From the sequence record DRR723986_5073: a DNA stretch of 64,000 nt. The stretch is one strand, 5' to 3'. Both the position numbers and the translations under genes were made by a program. This document shows, in pieces, positions 58,040-64,000 of the stretch. Each line of letters starts with the position of its first letter. Position 1 is the stretch's first letter. Below the pieces are notes generated by a model. The model ran no database searches. It saw only the letters and a list, made by a program, of their open reading frames with translations, and was not told the origin of the DNA.

Positions 58040-59149
58040 TCAGCGTGGCTTGCTGCGTTTTCTGCTGCCTGACAGCTTACCGGAAGGCGGCTTGGTGCCA
58101 AGGCGTGACTTGGGGGAAGTGCGATCGGGACTGGTCGACCACTCTTCCTCTGGCTTCCGGCCTTTTTTGCCACGTGTTTTGGCCGCAGGTTTCGAGACAG
58201 GCTTCGTCGCTTTGCGCGGGTCGGGTCTGCCTTGGCCGGAGCCGGTCCTGGCGCTGCCAGCAGGCGCGCCTCTGGAGGCTGGAGCAGGGGTGCCTGTGGC
58301 CGAATGCAGGTGTCCGATGGCCTGCTGGACAAGGTCTGGGGGGATTTCATCGACCATGCCGGGTTTCAGGTCGGCGAGTTCGAACGGGCCGTAGGAAACG
58401 CGGATCAGGCGGTTCACGATCAGGTTCACCGCTTCGAGAGCGCGGCGCACCTCGCGCTTCTTGCCTTCCGACAGGGTAACGGTCAGCCAGGTATTGGCGC
58501 CCATTTCGCGGTCCAGAACCGCGGTGATGGGCTGGTATTTCACGCCCTCCACCGTGATGCCGCTCGCGAGTTCCTCGATCTTCTGCGGCGTCACAGTGCC
58601 CTTGGCACGCACCCGGTAGGTCCGCTCCAGGCCGCTGGAGGGCAGCTCAAGTGTGCGTGCCAGCTCGCCATCATTGGTCAGAAGCAGCAAGCCTTCGGTC
58701 GTCAGGTCCAGGCGCCCCACCGTCACGACGCGGGGCAGGGAGCGCGGAAGCTCGTCAAAGATCGTGCGCCGGCCTTCGGGGTCGGAATTGGTCGCGATCA
58801 GGCCGGAAGGCTTGTGATACCGCCAGAGACGGGTCGCATCCGGGGCGGAGATGGTGCGCCGGCCGACGCGGATCAGTTCCTTGCCGGTCACCTTGAAGGC
58901 AGGGGACGTCAGTTTCTTGCCGTCGACGCTGACTTTGCCCTCTTCGATCAGGCGTTCGACTTCGCGGCGGGAGGCGACGCCGGCCCGCGCGAGGTATTTC
59001 GCAATCCGCTCGCCTTCGCTCCAGTCGGGTTCAGCGGCAGGGCCGCGTGCTTGGGGGGATTTGTGTCCGGGGCCGGGCTTGCCGCCCGGTTTGCCTTTCA
59101 CGCCAGAAGGTTTGCGGCGCGGGCGGCCCGTCTCTCGACGCTCCGTCAT
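58040..59149 (-). CDS. rluB: 23S rRNA pseudouridine synthase (RluB-like)
   Basis: S4 domain (RIAKYLARAGVASRRE), VGRLDLTTEGLLLLTNDG, EGKKREVRR. Confidence 0.9.
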   Translation of the reverse strand: MTERRETGRPRRKPSGVKGKPGGKPGPGHKSPQARGPAAEPDWSEGERIAKYLARAGVASRREVERLIEEGKVSVDGKKLTSPAFKVTGKELIRVGRRTISAPDATRLWRYHKPSGLIATNSDPEGRRTIFDELPRSLPRVVTVGRLDLTTEGLLLLTNDGELARTLELPSSGLERTYRVRAKGTVTPQKIEELASGITVEGVKYQPITAVLDREMGANTWLTVTLSEGKKREVRRALEAVNLIVNRLIRVSYGPFELADLKPGMVDEIPPDLVQQAIGHLHSATGTPAPASRGAPAGSARTGSGQGRPDPRKATKPVSKPAAKTRGKKGRKPEEEWSTSPDRTSPKSRLGTKPPSGKLSGSRKRSKPR

Positions 59150-59222
59150 GATGGCTTCCTTTCAATGTCAGCGGCCCGAATCCGTCATCCGGGCCGTTGA
59201 TGCAAGGGATTTTGACTGCCGG

Positions 59223-60605
59223 TTACTTCGATAGTTCAGTGATCAGCACATACCAGTGGTCCAGTGCGCCGGGGATGGAGGCGACCGGCACGCGCTCGTT
59301 CAGGCCGTGAGCATACTCGTCCGACGGCTTCATGAAGATGCCTGTGACGCCATAGGTGTCGATGCCTTCCTTGCGGAAGAACAGGCCGTCCGTCGTGCCG
59401 GCGGACATGGACGGGATGATCGGCAGGCCGGGGGCCTGGGCATCGACGGCCTTGCGCAGCGCGGTCATGACCTCCGGGTGTAGTGGTGAGGTTTCAGATT
59501 GCGGGAAGACTTCCGGGAATGTCACCTGTGCGTTGTCGCCCGCCAGTTCCTGCAGCTTCGCCATTACGTCGCGCGGTGGAATGCCGGGGAAGATACGGCA
59601 GTTGATGTTCGCCACCACGCTCTGCGGCAGGGCGTTTGGTGCATGGCCGCCGGTAATCTCGGTTGGCACGCACGTGGTGCGGACCTGACCGACATATTCC
59701 GGATGTTTCGACAACTCTGCTGCGGATTCGGTGTCATCCGGGTTTGCCGAGAAGCGCGCCATCGCTTCGCCCAAACCGCCTTCCGTGCGCTTGGCCGTTT
59801 CGGCGAAGAAAGCGCGCGTCAGTTCACTTGAGCGGACAGGGAACTGGTAAGTGCCGATCCGTTCCAGCACCCCTGCCATATCGACGATTGCATTGTGCGC
59901 GGTCGGGCGGCTGGAGTGGCCGCCGGGATTGGTGATGGTGATCTTGAAGTCTGCATAGGTCTTTTCGCCGGCCTGCAGGCTGTAGAAGGCGAAGCTGCCA
60001 TCCTCGTTCAAGGTGCCGCCGCCGCCATCGGCGTTCAGAACGTAACGTGCGTGCCGATAAATCGGGGCAATCGTCTCGGCTGTCTTCTGCGCGGTCTCTT
60101 CATCGCCTGTCAGGATAAGGATGATGTCGTTTTCAGGTTCGAACCCTTCGCGCTTCAGGCGCAGCATGGTGGTGACCAGCATGGTGAGGCCGAACTTGTC
60201 GTCCAAAACGCCGCGTCCATAATAATAGGTGCCGTCGGTCTCCATTGTAAACGGTGCGCGTTCCCAATCGGCCGGGTTTGCCTCGACCACGTCCATATGG
60301 GCGTTTAGCAGGATCGGCGCGTCGGAGTTCCGGCCGTGGTACGTTGCGATCAGGGTGGCGGTCTCACCCAGCGGGACGATTTCTATGTCTTCCTCCGGAA
60401 AGCCGCCAGCCTTCAGTTCGCCTGCAAGGTATTCGGCATAAGCCGGGACCTGCCCGCGGCCCGCAACCGTGTCGTACGCCACCGATTTGCCGAGGATCTC
60501 GGTTGCCTTCTCGACGTCGACCTGCTCAGCGTTGGCGAAAGTTGGGGCTGACACGCAGCCAACGAGGAAAAGCGCCGCAAGGCTGGTGAGGAGTTTCTGT
60601 GTCAT
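59223..60605 (-). CDS. M20/M25/M40 metallopeptidase lipoprotein
   Basis: Lipobox LVGC; AHMDVV, GRGVLDDK, GDEE, GGHSS, AHGLNERV. Confidence 0.9.
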   Translation of the reverse strand: MTQKLLTSLAALFLVGCVSAPTFANAEQVDVEKATEILGKSVAYDTVAGRGQVPAYAEYLAGELKAGGFPEEDIEIVPLGETATLIATYHGRNSDAPILLNAHMDVVEANPADWERAPFTMETDGTYYYGRGVLDDKFGLTMLVTTMLRLKREGFEPENDIILILTGDEETAQKTAETIAPIYRHARYVLNADGGGGTLNEDGSFAFYSLQAGEKTYADFKITITNPGGHSSRPTAHNAIVDMAGVLERIGTYQFPVRSSELTRAFFAETAKRTEGGLGEAMARFSANPDDTESAAELSKHPEYVGQVRTTCVPTEITGGHAPNALPQSVVANINCRIFPGIPPRDVMAKLQELAGDNAQVTFPEVFPQSETSPLHPEVMTALRKAVDAQAPGLPIIPSMSAGTTDGLFFRKEGIDTYGVTGIFMKPSDEYAHGLNERVPVASIPGALDHWYVLITELSK

Positions 60606-61030
60606 TGCATGAAGGTCCGGATCGTTTCGTAAATCGGGATGAGGTTGGATCCAATCGCCAGGCCGATGATAATTTCAAGCGGAATCCAGACGGGGATGAG
60701 GCCGCGGGCGCGGTTTTTGTCCTTGTCGGCCAGCAGAGAGATCGAGCGTCCGATGCCGGCGCCGATCCATCCTAGGGCGAGGGGCAGGGCGGCAAATCCG
60801 GCATAGATGGCGGGCAGGTAGATCGCGACCAGGAGCGCCGACAGGTGCGCCATCAGGAACAGGCCGCCATATGTGGCGCGGAATTCCGAATAGCCGCCCG
60901 GGCGGGCCGGGTCAGGGTCTTCGACGAGGCGAACGACACCGGACGCCCATCGCGGGGAGATCAGGGCGCCAAGTCCCATCGCCGCGCCGGAGGCGAGGGC
61001 GATACACGAAATGATCTGGCCATAGTGCAT
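60602..61030 (-). CDS. Small membrane protein (DUF4345-like)
   Basis: SEFRATYGGLF; four hydrophobic segments. Confidence 0.72.
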   Translation of the reverse strand: MHYGQIISCIALASGAAMGLGALISPRWASGVVRLVEDPDPARPGGYSEFRATYGGLFLMAHLSALLVAIYLPAIYAGFAALPLALGWIGAGIGRSISLLADKDKNRARGLIPVWIPLEIIIGLAIGSNLIPIYETIRTFMQ

Positions 61031-61109
61031 GACGTTTCATCCTCTCAGTCGGCAGGAACATTAGGCTGCTTTGCGCCTGTGTCTAACGGCCAATCCAGTT
61101 GGCCGTGCC

Positions 61110-61141
61110 AAAAAAAGCGCCGGTCGTTTCCGACCGGCGCT
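61110..61141 (-). terminator. Intrinsic terminator downstream of the EAL gene
   Basis: Minus strand AGCGCCGGTCG-GAAA-CGACCGGCGCT followed by a T-run. Confidence 0.88.
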
Positions 61142-61165
61142 GAAAGAGGGGATGGGTTAGTATGC

Positions 61166-62395
61166 CTACGCTTTACGTAGCTCTTCTTTCGGCGGACCGA
61201 ATGCGTTAATGCTTGGGCGGCCGAGGAAGTAGCCCTGGCCGCGGCGGACGCCGAGCAGCTTCAGGGTACGGAGTTCGGCTTCGGTTTCGATACCTTCTGC
61301 AACGATCTGGGCGCTCGTCTCGCGGGTATAGTGCAGAAGGGCGGAAATCAGCGCGCGGCGGGCAAGGTCGGCGTCGACATTGCGCGTCAGGCTAATGTCC
61401 ACTTTCACGAAATCCGGGCTCAGCTGGATAATGTGGCGCAGCGAGGAATGGCCGGCACCGGCATCGTCGACCGCGATACGCAGGCCGCGCTTACGCAGCG
61501 GGGCGAGGCATTTCGTGAACAGGTCGTAGTCCTCGATGATCGCGTGTTCGGTAATCTCAAGCACGATCCGCGATAGCGGAAGGCCGGAGAAGGCTGGCGC
61601 AAAGGCCGGATTGATCACGGTCTGCGGCGAGGCGTTGACCGACACATACTGGTCTGCCGGCAGGACATTCAGCGCCCGTACGGCATGGCGGATGGCAGCG
61701 AGTTCCAGTTCGGCGGCAAGGCCGACTTCGGCAGCTTCAGCGAACCAGATGTCCGGTGTGCGGTAAGGCTCCGCGGAGAAGCGGGACAGGGCCTCAAAAC
61801 CCTTCGGCTGCATGTCACCCAGATCGACAATCGGCTGGTAGGCGATTTCGAAGGCTTTTTCTTCCAGCACGGATTCGATGCGGATACGCTTCTCGCGCAT
61901 CAGCCGCTCGGTGCGGTGATTGGCGTGGATTTGCTGTGTCGCCAGATTTGCGAACAGGCGCATCGTTTCCAGGTCGCGCGAGTTCAGGCTCGTGTTCGGT
62001 TTTGGGCTGAGACAGGCGAACATGCCGTAAACCGTGCCGTCTTCCAGATGGATCGGAATGGCGATGTGCGAGCCGATCGGCAGTGTGCGGGTGATCGGCA
62101 GGGACGACGCCAGCTGGTTCTCGGACGTGTCCGGGATCATCTGCGGGAGCCGGCCGGCGATGATGAGGCCGCAATAGCCTTCATCCATGCTGCGGCTGGC
62201 GCCGGCACGGATCAGGTGTTCATAGCCCGGCGCGTCGACATGGCGGTAGACAACGCGACCGTTCACGAATTGCGAAAGATACGCCACCGGCATGTCGAGG
62301 TGCTCGCGGATCGCCCTCAGGGACGATTCAATGATTTGCGGCGAACTCTCCGACGGCCCCTTCAACATGGATGGGTCGAGTTGGAATGCGTTCAT
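61166..62395 (-). CDS. GAF + EAL c-di-GMP phosphodiesterase
   Basis: N-terminal GAF-like region; YQPIV, FEALSRF, LEITE, DDAGAGHSS, AEGIE, QGYFLGRP; SD GGAGG before ATG 62395. Confidence 0.9.
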   Translation of the reverse strand: MNAFQLDPSMLKGPSESSPQIIESSLRAIREHLDMPVAYLSQFVNGRVVYRHVDAPGYEHLIRAGASRSMDEGYCGLIIAGRLPQMIPDTSENQLASSLPITRTLPIGSHIAIPIHLEDGTVYGMFACLSPKPNTSLNSRDLETMRLFANLATQQIHANHRTERLMREKRIRIESVLEEKAFEIAYQPIVDLGDMQPKGFEALSRFSAEPYRTPDIWFAEAAEVGLAAELELAAIRHAVRALNVLPADQYVSVNASPQTVINPAFAPAFSGLPLSRIVLEITEHAIIEDYDLFTKCLAPLRKRGLRIAVDDAGAGHSSLRHIIQLSPDFVKVDISLTRNVDADLARRALISALLHYTRETSAQIVAEGIETEAELRTLKLLGVRRGQGYFLGRPSINAFGPPKEELRKA

Positions 62396-62565
62396 CAGTG
62401 CCCTCCCGGCGAGCGCCTGGTAAAAAGTAAATCCCCCTGCCGTCCTGGCAGCTACCGGGGAAACATAATTAGCTTTTTTTAAGCAAGCGGTGCCGGAAAC
62501 GGGGGAATTCGGAAAGTAGAGTTGCCGACTTGGAAACCATGTTGAGCTAAGACAGGCTCGGGCTA

Positions 62566-63531
62566 TCAGGTGACGCCGGCGTCTTTCCAGGCTTCCTTGG
62601 GCCAGCGGCGATGTTGCCAGAACCATTGTCCGGGATGGGCTCGGACCTGCGCTTCCAGGAAATTGTTGATCCGCGTGACCGAGCGCAGAATGTCGGCGTC
62701 TGAATCGCCGGTATCCTCTGGCACATAGGGCTCGTGGAACTTGATCCGGAAACGGGCAGGGCCGGTGCGGATGGTTGAAACAGGTACAATTGGCACCTGG
62801 TATTTCAAGGCGAGGCGCGTCGGGCCCGGTGCGGTCATTGCCTCGCGGCCGAAGAAGGGGACGGCCACGCCTTCGTTGAACTTCTGGTCGTTCATGAGCG
62901 CAATGGGAGAGCCCCTGGCGAGCGCGCGCATCAGTTCCCGTGTGCCGATGCCCTTGGGCGCGTTGATGGCTGTGCCGTAGTCGTTGCGCAGTTTTGAAAT
63001 GCGCCGGTCGATGTGTGGATTGTTGAGCGCCCGGTAGGTCATCACCGCATGCGGGATCCGCTTGGTGATTGCGGCCGGCATGATTTCCCAGTTTGCGAAG
63101 TGGCCGGAGATGAACACCGCACCTTTCCCGCTGTCGCGGATGCGGTCCAGGATATCGAGGCCGACGATTTCCACCCGCCCGGATGTGTACGGATCGATCT
63201 TTGGCAGGTGCGGCAGCTCGCCCGCTGTGCGTCCGGCAGATTCCCAGGCGGCGAGGGCGGTTTCCTCCACCTGCTTCTCCGTCCATTCGGGAAATGCCAT
63301 TTTCAGGTTCCGCCGCATCGTCTTGTGCTGAGACAGTCGCGGGCCGATCTGGCGCAGCAGCCAGCCGCCAAAGTTGGACGCGCGTTCTGGCCCCATCGCC
63401 TTGACCGGGGCCCAGTAGATCCAGTCCCAGGCAATCGTTTCCAGCCGCCACTGGACCCGCTGCCAGAAACTGGCGCGGTTATCGATGTCCTTCGGGCGGA
63501 CATATCCGGATTTCTGCTGCGGATCGCTCAT
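62566..63531 (-). CDS. lpxL: Lipid A late acyltransferase (LpxL/HtrB family)
   Basis: GHFANWE, NDQ, VPFFG, PGQWFWQHRRW; directly downstream of lpxK. Confidence 0.88.
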   Translation of the reverse strand: MSDPQQKSGYVRPKDIDNRASFWQRVQWRLETIAWDWIYWAPVKAMGPERASNFGGWLLRQIGPRLSQHKTMRRNLKMAFPEWTEKQVEETALAAWESAGRTAGELPHLPKIDPYTSGRVEIVGLDILDRIRDSGKGAVFISGHFANWEIMPAAITKRIPHAVMTYRALNNPHIDRRISKLRNDYGTAINAPKGIGTRELMRALARGSPIALMNDQKFNEGVAVPFFGREAMTAPGPTRLALKYQVPIVPVSTIRTGPARFRIKFHEPYVPEDTGDSDADILRSVTRINNFLEAQVRAHPGQWFWQHRRWPKEAWKDAGVT

Positions 63532-64000
63532 GCTTTATCCGGCGTGAGAACTGGCTTGAGAATTGGGGCGAGGAGCGCGGCGAGCGCTGCCTCATCCTCA
63601 AAGCGGGCTTCGACGGGAAAGACAAGAATGCGCGCGCGTTCTTCCGCAGGCAAGCGCACATGGTCTTTCGACGTTGTAATCAGGCGTGCCCCACGCTGGG
63701 CGGCGAGGTCATGCAGGAATTTGAGATCGCTTGCGGTATAGGCGTGATGGTCGCCATAGGGCACGCTGTCCTGCAGGTCAGCGCCCGCGGCGGTGAGGCT
63801 GTCGAAGAATTTCACCGGGCGGCCAATGCCGGCAAACGCGACCAGCGGGCCTTCCGGCACATTACCTGCGGGGGCCAGTCCGGCCCGTACCACAGGCAAT
63901 CGGGACTTTTGCACCGCCGTCAGTTCCTTGCCCTCTCCCATCAGGATCACGCCATCGGCGCGGGCCAGGCCGTCGGCGACCGGTTCGCGCAGCGGCCCCT
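63528..64000 (-). CDS. lpxK: Tetraacyldisaccharide 4'-kinase, 3' part (truncated by window edge)
   Basis: GPLREP, AFAGIGRPVKFF, DHHAY, ITTSKDHVRL. Confidence 0.92.
   Translation of the reverse strand, partial: GPLREPVADGLARADGVILMGEGKELTAVQKSRLPVVRAGLAPAGNVPEGPLVAFAGIGRPVKFFDSLTAAGADLQDSVPYGDHHAYTASDLKFLHDLAAQRGARLITTSKDHVRLPAEERARILVFPVEARFEDEAALAALLAPILKPVLTPDKA

Noticed and set aside
62396-63451. 761-aa ORF as the full-length EAL protein
   Set aside because: The N-terminal 352 codons overlap lpxL in another frame and look like noise. The real start is most likely ATG 62395 with SD GGAGG.
1-64000. Mobile elements, prophage, tRNA or rRNA genes
   Set aside because: No transposase, integrase or phage ORFs, terminal repeats or tRNA/rRNA signatures were recognised.

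Overview
GC-rich alphaproteobacterial chromosomal window. Gene content and style suggest Hyphomonadaceae/Caulobacterales (inference, not a database result). About 60 CDSs. Housekeeping genes: tamAB, queF, cysE, xseA, purD, an ABC-F ATPase, a DEAD-box helicase, rluB, lpxL and a partial lpxK. Accessory modules: a TetR-RND efflux locus; a BON/OmpA gene paired with a repeat/HhH membrane protein; a signal-peptide caspase-FGE three-gene operon; a TetR-cupin-SDR-MDR cluster; an ECF41 sigma operon with a perfect cognate promoter; five tandem single-pass membrane protein genes; and a P450/CoA catabolic operon. No rRNA, tRNA, transposase, integrase or CRISPR-Cas was seen. The most striking unexplained structure is non-coding. 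At 38.37-39.01 kb (minus strand) there are four tandem two-hairpin sRNA-like units with conserved stems and variable C-rich loops, and a fifth orphan copy lies at about 31.2 kb. Pairs of these units share distinct upstream ECF-type promoter motifs (TGGATAAA-N14-CGTC and GCGACGG-N15-GCGTTTGA). A leaderless uORF/terminator attenuator candidate lies at 24.5-24.7 kb. All family assignments come from motif recognition by eye; no searches were run.
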